The notes under the pieces were generated by a model. That model saw nothing but the letters and a program-made list of their open reading frames with translations, had not been told where the DNA came from and ran no database searches. Shown here piece after piece: positions 1-7,865 of a stretch of 54,823 bases of DNA. A program made the translations under genes and the position numbers. This DNA is from Patescibacteria group bacterium (GTDB taxonomy: Bacteria; Patescibacteriota; Minisyncoccia; Phycocordibacterales; UBA1006). Within the stretch, counting starts at the first letter, position 1, and each line of letters opens with the position of its first letter. The stretch is from NCBI GenBank assembly GCA_028286885.1, contig JAQBQS010000005.1, forward strand, positions 1 to 54,823, given 5' to 3'.

Positions 1-36
1 GTATAGGATTGGTCAAAAGAGACAAGATCGCTTGCA

Positions 37-351
37 TTAGCAAGTAATTTTGTCTCTGGTGACCAACACGAGATGCGACTTAGGCCTACTTCCTGATGAA
101 AATTCCCCAATGCCCAATAAAAATCCGAAGTCATACCACCCGCCGTTGTTATTCACATCGTAGACGGCTATGTTCGAGTTGAACAGGTGGCCAATGAATG
201 CGAAGGGGGCGATCATTCCATCCCAGAGCCCGCCCCAGAATCCAGACGGAGAGCCGATAACGCATGTATTCACATGCTGGGTTGCTGCACAGCTGGAAAG
301 GAGGCAAAGGGCGATACAAACTGCCGATAAAACTAAGAATTTCTTTTTCAT
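37..351 (-). CDS. Putative small lipoprotein / membrane protein
   Basis: Signal peptide with lipobox-like LLSSC; Gly/Trp-rich segment GFWGGLWDG...WYDFGFLLG; upstream TTGACA promoter. Confidence 0.65.
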   Translation of the reverse strand: MKKKFLVLSAVCIALCLLSSCAATQHVNTCVIGSPSGFWGGLWDGMIAPFAFIGHLFNSNIAVYDVNNNGGWYDFGFLLGIGEFSSGSRPKSHLVLVTRDKITC

Positions 352-454
352 GCTATTTGGTTTTTGATTTACATAAGCTTAGCATTTTAAAGCATTTTTG
401 TCAAGTAAGTCATTTTATTTATAAGAAAACCCCGGCTTAGAAAAATGTGTCAAG

Positions 455-487
455 AAAAAAGCCCTCCTTGATATTTCAAGAAGGGCT
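455..487. terminator. Intrinsic terminator hairpin AGCCCT..AGGGCT with A/T tail
   Basis: Inverted repeat just after the stop of 492..755; on the minus strand it is followed directly by TTGACA. Confidence 0.7.
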
Positions 488-491
488 CAGG

Positions 492-755
492 TTAGAAAGT
501 TTCAGAATGCTCATAACAATAGAAAGGCTGTTCGGCATCATGCGGATTTTGTTCGGGCTTTAGTCCGATCTGGCTCAGACCGATCCTGCAAGGAGTACCG
601 CCCTCGCATCCGCAGGTTGTTGGATATTCGGAGTATAAAACTCCGAACTCATCTTTCCCTTTGCCTGCTTCTTGTTTCTTTTCCTGGTTTGGAACTTCGG
701 TTTTTTGAGTTCCTTTCGGTATGTCTTTCCCTAAGATTTCTGCGATGGTTGGCAT
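492..755 (-). CDS. Hypothetical protein, Cys-rich C-terminus (CGC..C...CYEH)
   Basis: 87-aa ORF lying between a promoter (TTGACC..TATAAT-like, 780-810) and a terminator hairpin. Confidence 0.6.
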   Translation of the reverse strand: MPTIAEILGKDIPKGTQKTEVPNQEKKQEAGKGKDEFGVLYSEYPTTCGCEGGTPCRIGLSQIGLKPEQNPHDAEQPFYCYEHSETF

Positions 756-865
756 GGTTATAATATTTTATTGATTCTATATTAACATATAAATTTAAAA
801 AGGTCAAGTACCTCAAAACCCTTGGATCATGGTACTATTCGCCCATACAAACCAACCTATTTCTC

Positions 866-2929
866 ATGCAAAACGATCCAAAAAACCGATCCGACCTCCC
901 CGGAAAAAACCAGCGCGTATTTCAGACCCACAAGAAAAACGACTTCTTGAAAAAGCCTTTCGAATCTCGACCTCCCCGCCCCGTCGACAATTCATCTGTC
1001 ACCGGCGACGTCCCTGATAATTTTGAGGGAATGTTTAAGGTTGGAAAAAATGGAATCGGCTACGTCACGCACAAGGATTCCGGATTCGCCGTCATGGTCA
1101 ATCCGCAACACTCGATGCACTCCATCAACGGCGACCGCGTTGCAATCAAAATTTTGGACAAGAAGACAGGTACGGGCGAAGTTACACAAATCATCAAGCG
1201 AGGAAAAAATGCCTACGCAGGAATTATCGAGGCGCGAGGAAACGATATTTGGTTTGTTTCCGGCGACGGACGAGAGCCCGAGATGCGCGTAGAGCCCGTG
1301 AACGGACTTGCAAAAGATAACTTGAAGAAAAAAGTCCTGGTGAAACTCGGTGCATGGATCGGAGATATTCCAACATGCGAAGTCATTCAGATTATCGGTA
1401 CGCCCGGCGAGAACGATACCGAGATGAACGCAATCGTCCTTGAAAAGGGATTCGACGGCGCGTTCCCGCAGGCCGTTACTGACGAAGCGAACACGCTGCA
1501 CGGCTCAGGCATTCCAACGGACGAAATTCCAAAGCGCCGCGACATGCGCGACGTGACGACATTCACCATCGACCCGGTGGACGCGAAAGACTACGACGAC
1601 GCGTTGTCGTTTAAAATTTTGGACGATGGAAATTATGAGATCGGCATTCACATCGCGGATGTTTCGTTTTACGTAACGCCGGGTTCTGCACTCGACGACG
1701 AGGCAAAGGAACGAACGACATCGGTCTACTTGGTAGATCGCGTGATTCCGATGCTCCCGGAAGTTCTCTCGAACGAATTATGCTCGATTCGCCAAGACGA
1801 AGACAAACTTGCCTTCTCATGCATTTTTAATATTGAGAAAGAAACAGGAAAAGTGCTGGACACGTGGTACGGCCGAACGATTATCAAGTCGAACAAGCGG
1901 TTTTCATATGAAGCCGCGCAGGAAATCATTACCGCAGGTTCGGGGCTTTTCTATGACGAACTCAAAGAACTGATGCGCATCTCGAAGATTTATACGCAGG
2001 AGCGCTACAACCATGGAGCTATTTCGATGGATACCGACGAGGTACGATTCATCCTTGACGAGAAAGGCACTCCGATCCGCGTAATGATCAAGACGCGCAT
2101 CGTGTCGATGCGCATGATCGAGGAATGGATGCTCATGGCGAACAAATACGTCGCGATGAAGCTCTCCGAGAAGACATCCGCGGGACTTGCCGTGTATCGC
2201 GTCCATGACAAGCCGGCGCCTGACCGCGTCGAGGACTTGCTCGTCTTCTTGAAATCAATCGGCTACACGCACATCAAGACGGAGAAAGGAATCATTCCTC
2301 CGCGCGAGCTGCAAAAAATTCTGGACGAGGCCGCAACGGACGACGCGCGCGACACGATCCAGGGATCGATCGTGCGTTCGATGGCCAAGGCGATTTACTC
2401 GACGACCAACATCGGACACTTCGGACTCGCCTTCTCGTACTACACGCACTTCACGTCCCCTATCCGCCGATACCCTGACGTCATGGTTCACCGCTTGCTC
2501 CAGCTTACGCTCGATCATGAAAAGGTTGCGCCCGAAGACGTCGGCGAATACATGCGCATGTGCGAATACTCGTCAGCCCGGGAAAAAGATGCGCAGGACG
2601 CCGAGCGCGAATCGATCAAGTACAAGCAAGTGGAATACATGTCGACGCGCGTCGGCAACATCTATGACGGAATCATCACGGGGCTCGGCAAGTTCGGCGT
2701 CTATGTCGCCGAGAAGGAATCCAAGTCCGAGGGAATGATCCGCTTGATGGACCTTGGAAACGATTACTTCGCCTATGACGAAAAGCGCGCAGCAATCGTC
2801 GGCAAGGCTTCGAAAAAAGAATTTAGGTTCGGAGATCGAATCAAGATCAAGGTAAAGGAAACGAATTTGGAAAAGAGGACGATTGACTACGTACTCGTAA
2901 CCGAAACGAAGAAAGAAGAATCAAAATAA
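866..2929 (+). CDS. rnr: Ribonuclease R (RNB family 3'-5' exoribonuclease)
   Basis: TFTIDPVDAKDYDDALS catalytic motif, YTHFTSPIRRYPD, N-terminal cold-shock domains and C-terminal S1. Confidence 0.95.
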   Translation: MQNDPKNRSDLPGKNQRVFQTHKKNDFLKKPFESRPPRPVDNSSVTGDVPDNFEGMFKVGKNGIGYVTHKDSGFAVMVNPQHSMHSINGDRVAIKILDKKTGTGEVTQIIKRGKNAYAGIIEARGNDIWFVSGDGREPEMRVEPVNGLAKDNLKKKVLVKLGAWIGDIPTCEVIQIIGTPGENDTEMNAIVLEKGFDGAFPQAVTDEANTLHGSGIPTDEIPKRRDMRDVTTFTIDPVDAKDYDDALSFKILDDGNYEIGIHIADVSFYVTPGSALDDEAKERTTSVYLVDRVIPMLPEVLSNELCSIRQDEDKLAFSCIFNIEKETGKVLDTWYGRTIIKSNKRFSYEAAQEIITAGSGLFYDELKELMRISKIYTQERYNHGAISMDTDEVRFILDEKGTPIRVMIKTRIVSMRMIEEWMLMANKYVAMKLSEKTSAGLAVYRVHDKPAPDRVEDLLVFLKSIGYTHIKTEKGIIPPRELQKILDEAATDDARDTIQGSIVRSMAKAIYSTTNIGHFGLAFSYYTHFTSPIRRYPDVMVHRLLQLTLDHEKVAPEDVGEYMRMCEYSSAREKDAQDAERESIKYKQVEYMSTRVGNIYDGIITGLGKFGVYVAEKESKSEGMIRLMDLGNDYFAYDEKRAAIVGKASKKEFRFGDRIKIKVKETNLEKRTIDYVLVTETKKEESK

Positions 2930-2937
2930 TTCCTCGT

Positions 2938-2967
2938 AAAAAATCCGAACTCCATTCGGATTTTTTT
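2938..2967. terminator. Terminator hairpin AAAAATCCGAA..TTCGGATTTTT
   Basis: Inverted repeat with A/T tails after the rnr stop. Confidence 0.75.
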
Positions 2968-2984
2968 CTGGTAGAATGATTACC

Positions 2985-3890
2985 ATGAACTCCCACTGGA
3001 AAATAATAACCTTCTTCATCATCTGCATCGCAGCCGGACTCGGCATTGGAGTGGGCATTTCGAAGGTGGTAATGAATAAAAAAGAAGTAGTGCAGCCAGT
3101 CTCTCAGACGAAGGTTAAAAAAACTTCGGAGACAACACCACTCGTTTCAGACGATGTGCCTTCCCTTGCTGCGACAGGGACAGACAACGCATCGCAGTCA
3201 GAAACCGTGGCAGTCGCAACGGACAAAGCCGCAGCCGTTCCCAAGCCGGCTTACAAATGCGCCGTAGCGCCCGAGGGCCAGGCCGACCAATGGCTCGCGC
3301 CAGTCGGTCCGGATTACGACTTGGGCAAAACGTATATCCCGAACCATCTCGTCGTTCTTGAAAATTATGTCGTTACCTCATCGTCGACGATGTGTTTGAA
3401 CGCATCTGCCGCCCTGAAATTACAAGTCATGGAATCTGCCATGAAAGCCGCAGGATTGCATGTCGTCGTATCATCCGCATATCGCACGGCAAATTACCAA
3501 GAAGGCCTTCTTGAAAAATCAGAAGCAAAACGCGACAAGATCAAGAATCCCTATCCGCTCGTCGCGCTCGCCGGACACTCGGAACATCAGCTCGGCATGG
3601 CGGTCGACCTCACCGCTGCTCCTGATTACAGTCTCGACAATTTCATCAATACTCCTGAATATGCGTGGCTAGAACTTCATTCGTACGAATACGGATTTAT
3701 CGAAAGCTATCCTTCGGGATCCGAAGCCATCACCGGATATTCAACCGAGTCATGGCATTACCGTTATGTCGGCGTGCCAAATGCACTCGCCATTCATAAT
3801 CAAGGAATCACGACGTATCAGTACTTGAAAAATCTTGCGATCCAAGAATCCATGCAACAAAAAGCTGCCCCGATTGCGGGACAGCAGTAG
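2985..3890 (+). CDS. Membrane-anchored D,D-carboxypeptidase, VanY/M15B family
   Basis: N-terminal TM; SAYR, SEHQLGMAVD and ESWHYRY zinc-peptidase motifs; start moved to 2985 because TAGAAT (-10) overlaps 2976. Confidence 0.88.
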   Translation: MNSHWKIITFFIICIAAGLGIGVGISKVVMNKKEVVQPVSQTKVKKTSETTPLVSDDVPSLAATGTDNASQSETVAVATDKAAAVPKPAYKCAVAPEGQADQWLAPVGPDYDLGKTYIPNHLVVLENYVVTSSSTMCLNASAALKLQVMESAMKAAGLHVVVSSAYRTANYQEGLLEKSEAKRDKIKNPYPLVALAGHSEHQLGMAVDLTAAPDYSLDNFINTPEYAWLELHSYEYGFIESYPSGSEAITGYSTESWHYRYVGVPNALAIHNQGITTYQYLKNLAIQESMQQKAAPIAGQQ

Positions 3891-3891
3891 C

Positions 3892-4059
3892 TTAGCCGAA
3901 GACTTTCTTGATGATGATTGATGTTGGAGGAACCTTTACAGCCACGAGCAGTGCGATTCCAAGAAATGTAAACGCACTAAATGCGACAGCTTGTTTCCAC
4001 AGCGGAACCCCAAGAAAGCCTTTCTTATGACGCGAGACAGAACTGTTCTTCATATGCAT
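3892..4059 (-). CDS. Small single-TM membrane protein (~55 aa), missing from the ORF track
   Basis: Hand translation MHMKNSSVSRHKKGFLGVPLWKQAVAFSAFTFLGIALLVAVKVPPTSIIIKKVFG*; fills the gap between vanY and the smc terminator. Confidence 0.5.
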   Translation of the reverse strand: MHMKNSSVSRHKKGFLGVPLWKQAVAFSAFTFLGIALLVAVKVPPTSIIIKKVFG

Positions 4060-4083
4060 GAATTTTAACAAGTGTACTCCCGT

Positions 4084-4112
4084 AAAAAATCCCGCACAAG
4101 TGCGGGATTTTT
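4084..4112. terminator. Terminator hairpin AAAAATCCCGCAC..GTGCGGGATTTTT
   Basis: Perfect stem at the smc stop. Confidence 0.8.
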
Positions 4113-6342
4113 ATTTCGCCACTTTCACCGCTTCTTCAAATTTAATCGAAAGCAATGTCGATGCATCGTCAGACCCGAGCGTCACGCCGTACAAGATGTT
4201 GGCTCGGCTCATCGTTTCGCGGTTATGCGTAACGACGACGAGCTGCGTCTGGCGAGCCAAGTTTTCGATCATGTCGCCGTACTTCTGGCTGTTCGCCTCA
4301 TCGAGCGCAGCATCCGTCTCGTCGAGCACGAGGAACGGCGGCGGATTTACTTGGGACAACGCGAAGAGAAGCGCGATGGATGTGAGCGATCGTTCTCCAC
4401 CAGAAAGCATCTCAAGATCCTTCACCTTCTTGCGAGGGAGCGAAACATCGATGTCGATTCCCTGCTCTTTTTCCTGCTCGTCCTCCTCGATATCCTCGGC
4501 AACTTCTTCATCCGTTTCATCAGTCGATGCTTTGCGCTTTCGCTTTTCGATATCGACAACGGCGAGTTTCGCCTCGCCTCCGCCGAACATCAGCTTGAAG
4601 AACGTTTCAAATTCCCTGTTGATCTTGACGATTCCTGTCTTAAACTCGCCTTGCAGTTTTTCCTTCAATTCCTTGATCGTAGATTCAAGCGTTGCAATCG
4701 CCGAATACAGATCGTTGATTTCACGCTCCAAGAAGGCATCGCGCGAAACGGTTTCGTCATGCTCGGCCAAAACATCGCCGGATCCTCCTCCGCCCATGTC
4801 TTCGAGCCTAATCTTCATGCGCTCGATTTCGTGATGATTCTGCCGGATTGCGGATTCATTAATCTCAACATCATGATTTACAAATCTTGATTTCAAATCA
4901 AGAATGCCGCTGCCGACAAGCGCTTCGGCTTGGACATATTCGGATTTCAAATTCTCGATTCTCTCGGCAACATGCGATTCCTCGTTTACGAGAATGGCAA
5001 TGCGCGACGCGATTTCGTTTCGCTTCGCGGACAGTTCATATTTGGTGCGTTCCGAATCTTGCGACAATTTACGAGACTCTGCTACTTGGATTTCGATCGT
5101 TTTGATCTGCTGTTCAAGCGCGCCAGTCTTATGGTCGATCTCGGCAATCTGAGTCTCGAGTTCTGACTTTGAAGATTCGAATTCAGACGTGTCTACCTGG
5201 ATCGGTTCCGCAGGGCTTCCTTTCTTGTCTGTTATGTACGCGCGCAGTTTGGCGATCGCCTGATGCAGGTCGAATCCGCCATTCTTTGCGAGAGCTTCAA
5301 ATTCATCGGCGAGATTCTCGATATCAAGAAGCGACACGGTCGAGACGCCGACCTTGCCCGGCTTGGTCGCCATTTTTGCCGCCTCGATCATTCCCTCGAC
5401 GCGTCCGATCTGCCGTCCGATATCATCGCGATTTCGCGCAAGGTTCCGAATCTCGCTTCGGACGCGCGCAATTTCCGTTTCAAGATGCGAAACAGAATCG
5501 ACGGCCGAACTTTCTGCAATGTGCGCCATGCGATCTTCCACCATCAAGAGATCGGTTTCGAGATTTTTCTTTTCTTTCTCGGACGCGAATTGCTTGCGCG
5601 CGATGGCGCTTTGTTCCTCGACCAAATATTTTTCGTATGCGGAAACAAGGGCGATTTCGATCTCGCGCGCCTTCTCGATTTTTTCAACCTGCTTCTTCAA
5701 GAACTTGATATGCGGCGCGAGTTCGCGGCGGATCGATTCGGCTTCGCGGACATGCTCGCGCGTTTTCTCAAGCTTGCGCTCTCCCTCCTTGATTCGATAG
5801 TGATAGAGTTTAAGCCCCAAAGATTCCTCGAGCATCTCGCGGCGCTCCGCAGGTTTCGAGTTAAGAAGCCGGTCGGCCTCGCCCTGCGAAATAATATGAT
5901 GCCCCGATGATCCGATGTTTACGGATGCGATCAGCTCATGAATGTCTTTAAGTCTCACATCGTTTCCATTCAGCGTATATTTGTTCGCACCGTCGGCGAA
6001 CACTTCTCGTGAAATAGTTATTTCATCAAAATCCAAAGACAAGTTTTGATCGTCCACGCTTGGCAAGGAAAAAATGCGCTTTGAATTATCAAAGGTAATG
6101 GCAACCATCGCACGTGACATTTTGCCAATTTGCTTGGATCCTTTGAAGATCAAATCTGCTCCTGTTTTGGATCGCATGGATTTCGTCGACTGCTCGCCGA
6201 GGACGAACCGGATCGCCTCCACAACGTTCGATTTTCCGGAACCGTTCGGTCCCACGATCGACGTTACCGGCGCCGAGAAGTCAAAAACCGCCCGCTTCGC
6301 GAACGACTTGAATCCGTGCATTTCGAGGCGCTTCAGGGTCAT
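4111..6342 (-). CDS. smc: SMC-family ATPase, short form (743 aa)
   Basis: Walker A GPNGSGKSN, Q-loop IISQGE, signature LSGGE, Walker B/D-loop LVLDETDAALD, H-loop VVTHN; coiled coil between the head halves. Confidence 0.9.
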   Translation of the reverse strand: MTLKRLEMHGFKSFAKRAVFDFSAPVTSIVGPNGSGKSNVVEAIRFVLGEQSTKSMRSKTGADLIFKGSKQIGKMSRAMVAITFDNSKRIFSLPSVDDQNLSLDFDEITISREVFADGANKYTLNGNDVRLKDIHELIASVNIGSSGHHIISQGEADRLLNSKPAERREMLEESLGLKLYHYRIKEGERKLEKTREHVREAESIRRELAPHIKFLKKQVEKIEKAREIEIALVSAYEKYLVEEQSAIARKQFASEKEKKNLETDLLMVEDRMAHIAESSAVDSVSHLETEIARVRSEIRNLARNRDDIGRQIGRVEGMIEAAKMATKPGKVGVSTVSLLDIENLADEFEALAKNGGFDLHQAIAKLRAYITDKKGSPAEPIQVDTSEFESSKSELETQIAEIDHKTGALEQQIKTIEIQVAESRKLSQDSERTKYELSAKRNEIASRIAILVNEESHVAERIENLKSEYVQAEALVGSGILDLKSRFVNHDVEINESAIRQNHHEIERMKIRLEDMGGGGSGDVLAEHDETVSRDAFLEREINDLYSAIATLESTIKELKEKLQGEFKTGIVKINREFETFFKLMFGGGEAKLAVVDIEKRKRKASTDETDEEVAEDIEEDEQEKEQGIDIDVSLPRKKVKDLEMLSGGERSLTSIALLFALSQVNPPPFLVLDETDAALDEANSQKYGDMIENLARQTQLVVVTHNRETMSRANILYGVTLGSDDASTLLSIKFEEAVKVAK

Positions 6343-6392
6343 ACGTTATGAAAATTATAACAAAAAAAGGATGCGGGTGCATCCTTTTGAGA

Positions 6393-6737
6393 TCACAGAA
6401 GTTCTTTAAGAAACTTGTTCAAAATGTCTATTTTTTCTTGCTCTGATTTAATCTGGTCTTCCTTTTCGGAAATAGTCTCTTTCAGGGATTTTGAGAATGC
6501 TTTCTTATTCGAATTGAAATACGCGAGATGATCATAGCTCAGAAATTTTTTCAGCTTTGATAATTCAAAATCTTCTTGTATACCTTTGGAGTTCATCGTC
6601 GTAACCATATTTTCTTTAGAAATTCCGATGATGAAGAAGTATTCCGGATTGGAGGGAGTTCCTTGTGGAGAATAGTATATGCAAGCATAGTACTGTTTCT
6701 TTTTAAAAGCTTTTACACTTGTTATTTGTTTTTTCAT
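6393..6737 (-). CDS. Hypothetical protein, C-terminal coiled coil
   Basis: 114-aa AT-rich ORF with its own promoter and terminator. Confidence 0.65.
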   Translation of the reverse strand: MKKQITSVKAFKKKQYYACIYYSPQGTPSNPEYFFIIGISKENMVTTMNSKGIQEDFELSKLKKFLSYDHLAYFNSNKKAFSKSLKETISEKEDQIKSEQEKIDILNKFLKELL

Positions 6738-6825
6738 TTTTTGGTTTTTAATTTACACCACCATATCACATTTATTTTAACAAGTCAAAAATAAAAAGGA
6801 TGCGTTTGCATCCTTTTCTAAAAAG

Positions 6826-7176
6826 TTACGGTTTTGAATGGTACGAGCCGACGAGGTATTTCTGATTTGCATGAACTTCTATTTCAGAGTCTTGGAAATA
6901 ATACTCCCTGTAAAGTTCGCCTATCATCTTGGCAAGCGAATCCATCGCACTTGCTCCCCTAATAACCTTGTCTAAAACCAACGAAACCGACGCCAGGCAT
7001 TTCTTGTCGCCTGTTTCTCCGGCAACATTGCTCGGAATGAAGTTGATGACGACGTCGTTGTCGGTGAGTTCAGCCTGCCAGTCCGTACAGATGCTTCTGA
7101 GGCCTTCCTTAATCTTTCCCTTTTCTTGAACTAACGCAAGAAGTTCTTTGCTTGCGAACGTATTGATGATGATCAT
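6826..7176 (-). CDS. Hypothetical protein (beta-alpha-beta pattern)
   Basis: Start placed at MIIINTF (7176) because the longer frame runs through the promoter and hairpin. Confidence 0.6.
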   Translation of the reverse strand: MIIINTFASKELLALVQEKGKIKEGLRSICTDWQAELTDNDVVINFIPSNVAGETGDKKCLASVSLVLDKVIRGASAMDSLAKMIGELYREYYFQDSEIEVHANQKYLVGSYHSKP

Positions 7177-7249
7177 ATGCTGTTGTTTTCTTGGAATTAT
7201 ATATGAAAAGTTATAAATGTCAAGGTAAAAAGGATGCAAGAGCATCCTT

Positions 7250-7825
7250 TTAGTTCAGTTTTGAATCCAGCGGCGCAAGAAGATCACAAATCTTCTGTAT
7301 CTGAAATGTAGTTTCCGCAAGCTCCCGTTCGAGTCTTTCGTACGATTCTAGACCTTTAGTGTATTGGGACTCGCGATTCGGTATTGCATTTCTCAACAAT
7401 TCAACACGCATCTTGATATCCGCTATCTCCGCAGAAGAAATCGGCGTCTTGGCGAGATCGAATCGGCTAGGACCGACAGCGCCGAGAAGAACTGTCAGCT
7501 CGCTCGAAGCCTTTTCGAGCTCGCCAAATTCCGTACGCAGCTCTTCACCTCGCTTGCCAAGTTCCGCTTGCAGCAGGTCAAAAGATTCCATGCTGGGCGC
7601 GCTCTTTATGCGAAGTCCCGCATCGGACTCCGACACGACAGCTTCCTGCGCGTCTAACCTGTCTGATCTCGCACTTCCTTCGACGATATCCCTCGTCGCA
7701 AGATCCGACTGCATTTCGTCGTCATTTGTGACACCAGGATTCATTATGCCAAGTGCTTTCTCGGCAATCGCCTGATTTTTTAAAATGTCGGTACCCGATT
7801 TGTGCCAGGAAAATTTTTCATTCAT
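7250..7825 (-). CDS. Hypothetical coiled-coil protein
   Basis: 191-aa ORF with heptad-rich C-terminal half. Confidence 0.65.
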   Translation of the reverse strand: MNEKFSWHKSGTDILKNQAIAEKALGIMNPGVTNDDEMQSDLATRDIVEGSARSDRLDAQEAVVSESDAGLRIKSAPSMESFDLLQAELGKRGEELRTEFGELEKASSELTVLLGAVGPSRFDLAKTPISSAEIADIKMRVELLRNAIPNRESQYTKGLESYERLERELAETTFQIQKICDLLAPLDSKLN

Positions 7826-7865
7826 GTGTTTTGTTTTAATTAAGATAGCATTTTTAAGAAAATTC

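Larger units (their letters stand above)
6365..7251. repeat. Three copies of hairpin AAAAGGATGC-N4-GCATCCTTTT (6365-6388, 6794-6817, 7228-7251)
   Basis: Identical 10-bp arms with different 4-nt loops (GGGT, GTTT, AAGA), spaced 429 and 434 nt; each lies at a gene stop. Confidence 0.9.

Noticed and set aside
4111-7825. Wadjet/MksBEF-type defence operon around smc
   Set aside because: The neighbours are short, separately transcribed orphans with no kleisin, KITE or Toprim features
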